Part shown: one piece after another, positions 1 to 7,136 of the stretch
Position numbering within the stretch: the first letter of the stretch is position 1
Layout of the letters: each line of letters begins with the position of its first letter
Source: Sulfurimonadaceae bacterium
Lineage (GTDB): Bacteria; Campylobacterota; Campylobacteria; Campylobacterales; Sulfurimonadaceae
Direction of reading: 5' to 3'
Length of the DNA stretch: 21,723 nt
Assembly (NCBI GenBank): GCA_041548245.1
Contig: JBFESZ010000030.1
Span: 1 to 21,723, forward strand
Program-made: the position numbers and the translations under genes
Notes under the pieces: generated by a model
Databases searched by the model: none
What the model was told of the DNA's origin: nothing
The model's input: the letters and a program-made list of their open reading frames with translations, nothing else

Positions 1-73
1 GAGGAGTCGAACCTCTGAACCCATAGGGAGCAGATTTACAGTCTGCCGTCGTTGGCCACTTGACTATCTCACC
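1..73 (-). tRNA. tRNA-Tyr(GTA), 3' end truncated by window edge
   Basis: Reverse complement reads GGTGAGATAGTCAAGTGGCCAACGACGGCAGACT-GTA-AATCTGC, then a long variable arm and GGTTCGACTCC T-arm. It follows tRNA-Thr(TGT), as in the thrU-tyrU-glyT-thrT-tuf cluster. Confidence 0.95.
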
Positions 74-140
74 AAAAATTTGTTGTAATATACTCTGGTC
101 GAACACTGACGTTTTTCGTCAATTTTTTTCAAAAATAGAA

Positions 141-217
141 TGGTGCTGGCACGAGGATTTGAACCCCGGGCCTGCTGATTACAAATCAGCTGCTCTAGCC
201 AACTGAGCTATGCCAGC
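141..217 (-). tRNA. tRNA-Thr(TGT)
   Basis: Reverse complement GCTGGCATAGCTCAGTTGGCTAGAGCAGCTGATT-TGT-AATCAGC...GGTTCAAATCC...GCCAGCACCA forms a full cloverleaf with encoded CCA. Confidence 0.97.
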
Positions 218-235
218 ATCTAAATTCGAGCCGTA

Positions 236-264
236 ATTATAAGCATTTTAGTTTTGAATGTCAA
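236..264 (-). promoter_or_regulatory. Consensus sigma70 promoter of the tRNA operon
   Basis: Minus strand TTGACA (264-259), 17-bp spacer, TATAAT (241-236), 18 nt upstream of tRNA-Thr. Confidence 0.9.
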
Positions 265-298
265 GGGTTTTTAGAAGAAATTTCAAAAATTTCTCTTT

Positions 299-1072
299 TT
301 AGAAGTATATTGTATCGCCATCATCTAAAATAATCGCGTCTTTTAGGACTTCTGTCGAATATATCTCCTTTTTTATTTCCTCTGAAAAAGTTGGTTTCAG
401 ATGGTTGAAATAGAGCTTCAATGGCCTCTTGACACACCGTATCTCTTCTTCCGCCAGTGAAGGCGTAAGGTGAAGTGTTTCCAAAGCCAAGGCATTCATC
501 GTGGAAGGGAACGAGCACTCTATCACCAAAGCAGTGATCTCAGGATACTTTTCAATACTCTCACACAAAATCGGGCTTTTATACGTATCAGCTGTGATCA
601 ACACGGCAGAAGCATTCTTGCGGACGATATAGCCACAGCTTGGAACCGTATGCGTTGTTGCAATTGCCTCTATTGATGTCACATCATCAATGCTGTACTC
701 CTTGTTAAGCTCTATGCTCTCATAGACAACACTCATCTTATCTGTATTGGAAAGAGGAATCTTAGAAAAGTCAGGCCAGATAACATCATTTAAAAAATGC
801 TTTTTTATTGCCTCAAGAGTCTGGGGTAGCCCCATGAGTTTTAAAGGTTTTTTCCTAAGTGTAAAATAGGAATCAAGGATATATGCGATGTCCACAATAT
901 GATCCAGATGGGAGTGCGTCAACCAGACAGCATCAATATGCGCTGCACCTTCATCAAGCCCTCGTAAAAGATTACCCGCATCGATGACATGCGACTCATT
1001 AATCAAAAAAGAGGAGGTTTCCTGATGAGAACCCTTTGTCCCGTACGCACCTAAGATTGTAATCTTTTCCAA
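299..1072 (-). CDS. Class II 3',5'-cyclic nucleotide phosphodiesterase (metallo-beta-lactamase fold)
   Basis: IDAG, THSHLDHI (H53-x-H55-L-D57-H58), ADT, ECSFP, HLTP and HLKP motifs of CpdP/Pde1-type class II PDEs. TTG start, no signal peptide. Confidence 0.85.
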   Translation of the reverse strand: MEKITILGAYGTKGSHQETSSFLINESHVIDAGNLLRGLDEGAAHIDAVWLTHSHLDHIVDIAYILDSYFTLRKKPLKLMGLPQTLEAIKKHFLNDVIWPDFSKIPLSNTDKMSVVYESIELNKEYSIDDVTSIEAIATTHTVPSCGYIVRKNASAVLITADTYKSPILCESIEKYPEITALVIECSFPSTMNALALETLHLTPSLAEEEIRCVKRPLKLYFNHLKPTFSEEIKKEIYSTEVLKDAIILDDGDTIYF

Positions 1073-1138
1073 TACCGGCCTTTTATCTTATCTCTTGTAT
1101 ATCCTACTCTAAGCAGGTAAATCATCTATTAACAAAAA

Positions 1139-2239
1139 TTATAACGTATCTTTGTATTTCTCTCTAATATTAAGTACCTCATCAAGGTTTTCGATCAAAA
1201 GGTCAACCAGTCTAGGATCAAAATGCTTACCTTTTTCATTAAGGAAAAGGTCTAAGATATCTTCTAATCCCCAAGCCCTCTTATAACATCTATCTGATCC
1301 CAAAGCATCAAAGACATCTGCCACAGCGGTGATACGGCCATAGATATGAATATCTTCACCCTTGAGCCCCTGTGGATAACCTGTGCCATCCCATTTCTCA
1401 TGATGCTGATGAGCAAGAATGGCAGCTGCCTTAAGTATACCCCGTTCTGACGCATTTAATATCTCATACCCTAAATACGCATGCTGCTTCATGATATCAT
1501 ATTCATCCTCACTCAGCTTTCCCGGTTTATTGAGTATAGCATCAGGAATCCCGATCTTGCCTATATCATGCATTGGCGAAGAAAACTCCAATACATAAGC
1601 CTCCTCTTCACTAAGACCATAAGCCAAAGCCAAAAGTCTCGAATACTCAGCTACCCTTTTGATATGGTTCCCCGTCTCTTTCGAACGTTTTTCCACAGCC
1701 TCGCTCATCAGGAAGATCATCTCTTTTTGGGTTTGGTCATTCTCTTCGGCCAACAATGCTGCGTCAAGGGTCTCTGCCGAATATGAAGCCGCCAACATAA
1801 GATACTTCATATCCTTCTCATCGAATTCACCTTCAATCTTGTTAATCACCTGAAAAGCACCTATGATCTTATTATGAGAATTAAACATGGGGATGACCAT
1901 CATATTGTGTGTCGTATAACCTGTTTGTCTGTCGACTTCTGCATTAAAGCTCCCATTAGATTGGACATCATTGATAATCATCTGTTTTTTTGTTCTGATG
2001 GCTTCACCGACAATACCGCTTTCCAAAGGAATATGGATTGTCTCTATTCCATGTGCGACTTTTGTCCAGAGAGACTGCTTCTTATCGTTTACAACCCATA
2101 AGGTACAGCGGTCAGCCCTAACAAGATGACGTCCCATATTGGCAAGTTCAATCAAGATATCTTCATAGTTACGTAAGGGCTGTATTTTCGTGATATATTT
2201 AAAGATCGTCTCGACGATCTCTTCTGCGTTAAACCCCAT
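1139..2239 (-). CDS. GAF + HD-GYP cyclic dinucleotide phosphodiesterase
   Basis: N-terminal GAF (ADRCTLW, GIVG, D.QTGY.T..MMVIP, QVINK..F...D). C-terminal HD-GYP with ETGNH, HDIGK, HAYLG, HHEKWDGTGYP, ADVFDAL, RCYK and GKHFDP. Confidence 0.93.
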   Translation of the reverse strand: MGFNAEEIVETIFKYITKIQPLRNYEDILIELANMGRHLVRADRCTLWVVNDKKQSLWTKVAHGIETIHIPLESGIVGEAIRTKKQMIINDVQSNGSFNAEVDRQTGYTTHNMMVIPMFNSHNKIIGAFQVINKIEGEFDEKDMKYLMLAASYSAETLDAALLAEENDQTQKEMIFLMSEAVEKRSKETGNHIKRVAEYSRLLALAYGLSEEEAYVLEFSSPMHDIGKIGIPDAILNKPGKLSEDEYDIMKQHAYLGYEILNASERGILKAAAILAHQHHEKWDGTGYPQGLKGEDIHIYGRITAVADVFDALGSDRCYKRAWGLEDILDLFLNEKGKHFDPRLVDLLIENLDEVLNIREKYKDTL

Positions 2240-4220
2240 CTTCTATCCTTTTAACAAAGTATCTACTTAGGCTATCGTCTTGCAATACTTTAAATGCTTG
2301 CAATGCCCCTTCCTTTTTCCCATTGTAATAGAGTTCTCTTGCTGTATTGTATGCCTTCACTTTTTCCCGGTTCTGTGGCGTGTCTTTTAGCAATTCATAC
2401 AAAAGGACCTCTTCTTCCTTCCCTTTGACCCTTACGCGTTCTATCGGCCGAGTCAAAAACTTGTCTTTTACTATGGCATGCGTAAACTCTGTGATGATGA
2501 TATGTGTTCCATATGTCTTGTTTATCCCCTCTACCCGAGAAGCGAGGTTCACGCCATCTCCAATGACGGTATAGTTAAAACGCTTATCCGATCCCATGTT
2601 ACCCACAACAACCTCTGCCGTGTTCAAACCTATACCGATATCAATCTTGGGAAGTCCCTCTTTGAGAAAAATCTCATTGATTTTTTCAAGTTCATCCAAC
2701 ATCTGCAAAGAAGATCTGCATGCTGAGGCCGCGTGTTCTTTCACATCTACCGGGGCATTGAAAAAAGCCATGAGGGCATCACCTATATACTTATCAATCA
2801 TACCCTGATTTCTTATGATGATATCACTCATGGGAGTAAAATAGCGATTAAGATATTTAATCAGTTTTTGAGGGTCCATGCTTTCAGAAATGCTTGTAAA
2901 AGAGCGAATATCACTGAAAAATATTGTCAGCTCTTTTTTCTCTCCTCCTAGACTCAGGCTTTTAGGTTCCTTTATCAGCTTCTTCAAAAGATCAGGAGAG
3001 AGGTATGAAGCAAAGGCACCTTCAATAAAACGTGACTGTTCCTCCTGCTGCTGATATAAAACCACTTCACTAAACGTTCCAGAAAACAACAGCGCCACTA
3101 AAGGATAAAAACTGTCAAGATAAAGGTTCAGATAGAGATAGGATATTTTCGTAGCCGTAAAAAAAAGAGTATAGACCAAAGCGTAAATGAATACACGCTT
3201 ATAGATTGAAGAGACGAGTATCCAGCTTAGCGGAAGCAAAAAAAACAATGCCATACTAAGATATGTCAGCAACATGTTTTTTGAAAGCACCTCATCGTTT
3301 AGAACATTAGATATGAAAGTATAGTGAAGCAAGGGGCCAGGTATCATCCCCATCGGTGTCGCACGGATATCCCCAACCCCCACTTCTGTTATACCAAGTA
3401 TAACGATCTTATTGTTTAAGACATTTCTATCTATTCTGTTCTCATACAGGTCTAAAAATGAATATGTCGTATAGCTGCCCAAGGGATAATAGTTCAATAA
3501 GGCGAAACCGGCCTCATCTGTTGGTATATGATGAGCCGCCAAATCAAAAAGCTGCTTTTTTACAAAAACAATCTCCTGGTTTGCGTACATACGAAGGGCC
3601 TGAGTCCCGATAGAAGGGTAAAGTTCATTATCGTAACTAAAAGCCAGGGGATAACGGCGAAAGAGCTGGTCACTGTCTCGAAGGCTTGAAAACGTTCCTG
3701 ATAATGTACAGGAAGAGAGAATATCTTCTACATTGACCTCCGCCTCCTCACCTTCGACAAATGCACTATATTCTCCTATTTCAGATGCAAGGCGATCAAG
3801 CGTCGAATCACCTAACAGTTCGAACTGCTTACGTGATGGTTTTTCTGAGGCTTGGTGACGTAAAAAAAATCCGCAGAGATTATTCTGCTGATTCTCAAGG
3901 CTTCTTGCTAAGGACTTGTCACTTTGTGTCGGCTCGGAAAAAACCATATCCAAGATCAGCAAAGAGGAACTATCCAATTTCTCAATACCCCTTGCCAAGA
4001 TAGCTCTGTCCCAGGGCCATCGGCCAAATTTGTTAACACTTTTTTCATCGATGGCAATAAATACGATCTCTGCAGATGCTTCTTTATTTTGAAAGACAAA
4101 GTTAAGGTCATTGAAACGCAAAGAAAAACTGTGAAAGGGTTCAAGCTCTGTTTTATACACTCCCAAGACGACAAAAAGGGAAAAGAACATTACCCCTATA
4201 TATTTCACTCTATTTTTCAT
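2229..4220 (-). CDS. CHASE2-domain membrane adenylate cyclase (class III)
   Basis: N-terminal TM, CHASE2 (IAIDEKS..FGRWPWDR, D.D..FRRYPL, NKIVILG, TPMG.IPG), three TM helices, cyclase core FSDIRSFT / DKYIGDA / TVIGDGVNLASR / VKGK, and a C-terminal TPR-like helix pair. Confidence 0.93.
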   Translation of the reverse strand: MKNRVKYIGVMFFSLFVVLGVYKTELEPFHSFSLRFNDLNFVFQNKEASAEIVFIAIDEKSVNKFGRWPWDRAILARGIEKLDSSSLLILDMVFSEPTQSDKSLARSLENQQNNLCGFFLRHQASEKPSRKQFELLGDSTLDRLASEIGEYSAFVEGEEAEVNVEDILSSCTLSGTFSSLRDSDQLFRRYPLAFSYDNELYPSIGTQALRMYANQEIVFVKKQLFDLAAHHIPTDEAGFALLNYYPLGSYTTYSFLDLYENRIDRNVLNNKIVILGITEVGVGDIRATPMGMIPGPLLHYTFISNVLNDEVLSKNMLLTYLSMALFFLLPLSWILVSSIYKRVFIYALVYTLFFTATKISYLYLNLYLDSFYPLVALLFSGTFSEVVLYQQQEEQSRFIEGAFASYLSPDLLKKLIKEPKSLSLGGEKKELTIFFSDIRSFTSISESMDPQKLIKYLNRYFTPMSDIIIRNQGMIDKYIGDALMAFFNAPVDVKEHAASACRSSLQMLDELEKINEIFLKEGLPKIDIGIGLNTAEVVVGNMGSDKRFNYTVIGDGVNLASRVEGINKTYGTHIIITEFTHAIVKDKFLTRPIERVRVKGKEEEVLLYELLKDTPQNREKVKAYNTARELYYNGKKEGALQAFKVLQDDSLSRYFVKRIEDGV

Positions 4221-4232
4221 ACAGCAGATCTT

Positions 4233-4988
4233 TTACTCTTCAACGATCTTTTGATAATGTTCAAAACGTTTTTTCGTCTCAGCTGTAAAGTCAAATTCAC
4301 TCACTTTAGACTCACACGCCTGTTCACAATCACGGGCATCATCAAAATGAAGCGACTTGCTTGCTTCCAGCTCAAAGGTTTTTACATAGCTCACCACCTC
4401 ATCATATCTCTGCGCTTTGTACGCTTCGAATTCCTGTATCTGTTTGCTTTTAAAAGCTTCATATTCTGACATGACCTTTTTCTTATGCAGTTCAAACTCT
4501 GCATGTAGAGCTTCTATACCAATAAGACCTTCATTTAAAGCGATCTCTCCTCTTTCAGCCGAGTTGACAATAAACTCTGTGCCTTTGATACCTATGATCG
4601 AAAAGGGTGTCTCGACTTTCAGACCTTTTGAGCTGACTCGTTTTTTTATTCTGTAGTATATCTCTCCACTTCCCTGTCGTAATCTCTCTCTATCCACAAA
4701 TGTAAGTTCGGCATTTTCATTGAGAACCACCTTTGAACTGTCAGCCAATTCAAGAAGTACCATGGAATCTGCATAAGAGATCAGCTTATCACCTTTAAAA
4801 AGGTATTCTCCTCTCACAGCTTGATGCTTCTTGATACTATCGGCCGGTAATACCTTAGCCTTGCCTTCTATCTTTGAAATAAGAGCGAAAGGAACCTTTT
4901 GCGTTAGCTGAGTATTCTCATGGCTCAGGTCAGCGGACATGGCCAGTAAATTTGCAAAAAGAATCACACCTATGATTATACTCTTCAC
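4233..4988 (-). CDS. Secreted FecR-domain protein
   Basis: FecR signatures (L.LADSSKV.L.EN, GEIYY, VETP...IGIKGTEF.V, EG.I) after a signal-peptide-like N-terminus. Start moved from the ORF-track TTG at 5006 to GTG at 4988 because AGGAG lies 5 nt upstream of it. Confidence 0.85.
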   Translation of the reverse strand: MKSIIIGVILFANLLAMSADLSHENTQLTQKVPFALISKIEGKAKVLPADSIKKHQAVRGEYLFKGDKLISYADSMVLLELADSSKVVLNENAELTFVDRERLRQGSGEIYYRIKKRVSSKGLKVETPFSIIGIKGTEFIVNSAERGEIALNEGLIGIEALHAEFELHKKKVMSEYEAFKSKQIQEFEAYKAQRYDEVVSYVKTFELEASKSLHFDDARDCEQACESKVSEFDFTAETKKRFEHYQKIVEE

Positions 4989-5107
4989 CTTTTCTCCTAA
5001 GAGCAAATAGATTTTTCTTATATCTTAAACTTCTTTGACTTAGATGCCGCTTTTTGTGTTTTCAACTCTCTTTTCGAAATAAGGCATCTTGAGTTATCCT
5101 TTGCTTA

Positions 5108-5121
5108 TATAATGCTACAAT
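5108..5121 (+). promoter_or_regulatory. Putative -10 / extended -10 element(s) for yaaA
   Basis: TATAAT at 5108-5113 overlaps TGCTACAAT at 5113-5121, about 22 nt upstream of the ATG at 5144. Confidence 0.5.
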
Positions 5122-5143
5122 TGCAAAAAAACAGACAAGGTAA

Positions 5144-5887
5144 ATGATGTATATTTTGTTCTCTCCCAGTGAAGGTAAAAAGCTTGGCGGTAATGAATCA
5201 TCCCTTCAGCTCCAAACCCTTCTTTTCCCATCGCTTAATGTGACACGCCTCTCTCTTCTTAATGAGTATAACGACCTTCTCAAGAAAGGCTCTTTAGAAC
5301 AATTACAAGCATTGACTGGTGTGAAAAAAGAGGAAGAGATCAAAAAATATCAAGAGGACATCTTCTCTTCCAGGACTATGAAAGCGATTGAACGCTATGA
5401 CGGTGTCGCCTATGACTATCTGGATTTAGCTTCCCTCTCGCCACAAGAGAGATCTTATCTAGATACACAGACGATTATCTTCTCAAATCTCTTTGGACCG
5501 ATTCTCGGCGGTGACAAAATTCCATCCTATAAACTAAAACAGGGGGCAACCGTTAATGCAATAGCGACTGAAAAGATCTATAAAGACTCCTCCAGCCAAA
5601 TGCTGGATGAACTTCTTAACGGCCAGACTATTCTTGATCTGCGTGCCGGATATTATGAAAAGTTTTATACACTGAATCAACCCTTTACCACAATGAAGTT
5701 TTTAAAAGATGGAAAAAGTGTAAGTCATTGGGCAAAAGCCTACCGGGGAAAAGTCCTGCGCACTGTTGCAAAGATTCAACCTAGAACCCAAGAAGAGTTA
5801 TGTGAGATCGAGTTTGAAGGCTTACAGTTTATAGAATCCGTAAAATATAAGAAACAAGGCACAATGCTTATTTATGAGGTTTTATAA
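5144..5887 (+). CDS. yaaA: YaaA family (DUF328) peroxide-stress DNA-binding protein
   Basis: ILFSPSEGK N-terminus, AIERYDGVAYDYL, SNLFG, IPSYKL and SHWAKAYRG motifs. Confidence 0.88.
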   Translation: MMYILFSPSEGKKLGGNESSLQLQTLLFPSLNVTRLSLLNEYNDLLKKGSLEQLQALTGVKKEEEIKKYQEDIFSSRTMKAIERYDGVAYDYLDLASLSPQERSYLDTQTIIFSNLFGPILGGDKIPSYKLKQGATVNAIATEKIYKDSSSQMLDELLNGQTILDLRAGYYEKFYTLNQPFTTMKFLKDGKSVSHWAKAYRGKVLRTVAKIQPRTQEELCEIEFEGLQFIESVKYKKQGTMLIYEVL

Positions 5888-5946
5888 AAATCTACTTTAA
5901 AAGCGTTGGAAAAAAGTTTGCGGATTGTGGAAAAGTTGTTAAGGAG

Positions 5947-5969
5947 ATATCCGTCAAAAAGACGGATAT
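5947..5969. terminator. Hairpin between convergent yaaA and hpf
   Basis: Perfect 9-bp stem ATATCCGTC-AAAAA-GACGGATAT, 3 nt beyond the hpf stop codon. Confidence 0.7.
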
Positions 5970-5972
5970 AAA

Positions 5973-6302
5973 TTAGACCTCTGCAAGTTCAAGGTCTTTA
6001 AGAGAGTCACTTCCATGAGAAATCACTCTATCATGCAGACGACGAAGCGCTTTGGTGGCTCTTTCGATTGCTAAATCGATTGCTGTGTCTAGATCTTTAT
6101 CCCCTTGATTGATAACTACCGGGTTTGCATGTGCGATATGCATATCAAACTCTACATTCACACCATTTTTAACTTCTGAAACTACGACATTAACCGTAGT
6201 GATATCTAATTGATATTTTGAAAAACTTTCAATTGCTGCTTCTATATGTTGACGATTTAAATCATTAAGTGTGACATGTCGTCCTGTAATATTGACGTTC
6301 AT
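5973..6302 (-). CDS. hpf: Ribosome hibernation factor HPF/RaiA family (short form)
   Basis: MNVNITGRHV.L N-terminus and DL..AIDLA.E...KALRR..D C-terminal helix. AAGGAG SD upstream. Confidence 0.88.
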   Translation of the reverse strand: MNVNITGRHVTLNDLNRQHIEAAIESFSKYQLDITTVNVVVSEVKNGVNVEFDMHIAHANPVVINQGDKDLDTAIDLAIERATKALRRLHDRVISHGSDSLKDLELAEV

Positions 6303-6434
6303 CTCGTACTCCTTCTTTGGATATACTTAAGTGTAACTCCACTTAGCTTATGACTATCTTATATTTTAAAGAATATCACCTCAAAACGGTGCGCTTAGCG
6401 TTATTTCTATGATACTGTATAATACGGTTAAAAA

Positions 6435-6779
6435 ATGGACATCTTCATGGATACAACACTAAGCAGTTTAGATGAATTAAACGAAAAGCTAAAGGATGAG
6501 TTAGCCCTGGTAGTCTACTTCAGTTCACCCTCATGCAATGTCTGTCATGTGCTACGGCCAAAGCTGATGGAAGCTCTTGAAAAAGAGTATCCATCCATTG
6601 GGCGTTATCATGCGGACATCGCATTGACGCCTGAGATAGCGGCACAGTTTCAGGTCTTCTCTGCACCGACGATAATCGTCTTCTTTGAAGGAAGAGAGTT
6701 TATTCGCAAAGGGCGTGCGATGAGTATAGATGGCATGCTTCAAGAGATCAGACGCCCGTACGAGCTGATGACCTCATAA
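6435..6779 (+). CDS. Thioredoxin family protein (CNVC active site)
   Basis: VVYFSSPSCNVC, cis-Pro motif VFSAPT and F.EGRE. Start may be the second Met at 6447. TATAAT at 6418-6423. Confidence 0.85.
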   Translation: MDIFMDTTLSSLDELNEKLKDELALVVYFSSPSCNVCHVLRPKLMEALEKEYPSIGRYHADIALTPEIAAQFQVFSAPTIIVFFEGREFIRKGRAMSIDGMLQEIRRPYELMTS

Positions 6780-6788
6780 GGAGAAGTC

Positions 6789-7127
6789 TTGAAAACGATC
6801 TACATCATCTTCTCCCTATCATCTCTCATGCTCTGTACTTTAGAGGGTTCCGTCTCTGAAGGGAAAGTCATCTATTCAAAGGCTTGTCAACAGTGCCACC
6901 CCTACAGCATGAACTTCGCTGGTTCAAAAACCTCGAAAGAGTGGAAGGCTCTTTTCAAACGCCAAGAGGAAAGCACCCATCTAGCAAGAATCCATCTCGA
7001 CTCAGAAAAAGCGAAACTAGCTTGGGATTATTTTAAAAATGATACGTATAAAAAAGAGGCTAAACATCTCAGAGACTATCTACTCAAATACTCATCAGAC
7101 AGAGCTCAACACAACTCCTGCTATTAA
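6789..7127 (+). CDS. Periplasmic monoheme c-type cytochrome
   Basis: Signal peptide followed by GKVIYSKACQQCH (single CxxCH). AAGGAG SD overlaps the thioredoxin stop; TTG start. Confidence 0.8.
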   Translation: MKTIYIIFSLSSLMLCTLEGSVSEGKVIYSKACQQCHPYSMNFAGSKTSKEWKALFKRQEESTHLARIHLDSEKAKLAWDYFKNDTYKKEAKHLRDYLLKYSSDRAQHNSCY

Positions 7128-7136
7128 AAGACGTGA

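Noticed and set aside
108-122. TGACG-TTTTT-CGTCA hairpin in the tRNA spacer
   Set aside because: A 5-bp stem in a precursor-tRNA spacer is unremarkable and gives no evidence for a separate RNA.
2229-4220. Pycsar/CBASS-type antiphage cyclase system
   Set aside because: The cyclase has a CHASE2 sensor and canonical adenine-specifying residues, and the neighbours are phosphodiesterases, not TIR/TM cNMP effectors.
3924-4469. 181-aa plus-strand ORF
   Set aside because: Lies wholly antisense to the cyclase and FecR genes and has no recognisable motif; a shadow ORF.
1-5000. tRNA-associated genomic island or prophage
   Set aside because: No integrase, transposase or duplicated tRNA 3' end is visible, and the genes lie upstream of the tRNA promoter.
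5007-5143. Possible c-di-GMP (GEMM) riboswitch upstream of the signalling operon: AGATGCC/GGCATCT inverted repeat (5042-5089) and TTCGAAAAGAG
   Set aside because: The GGCAAA...GNRA...GACGCAAA P2 architecture and the second hairpin cannot be built by eye, and the 7-bp arms are 34 nt apart. An Infernal/Rfam scan would settle it.
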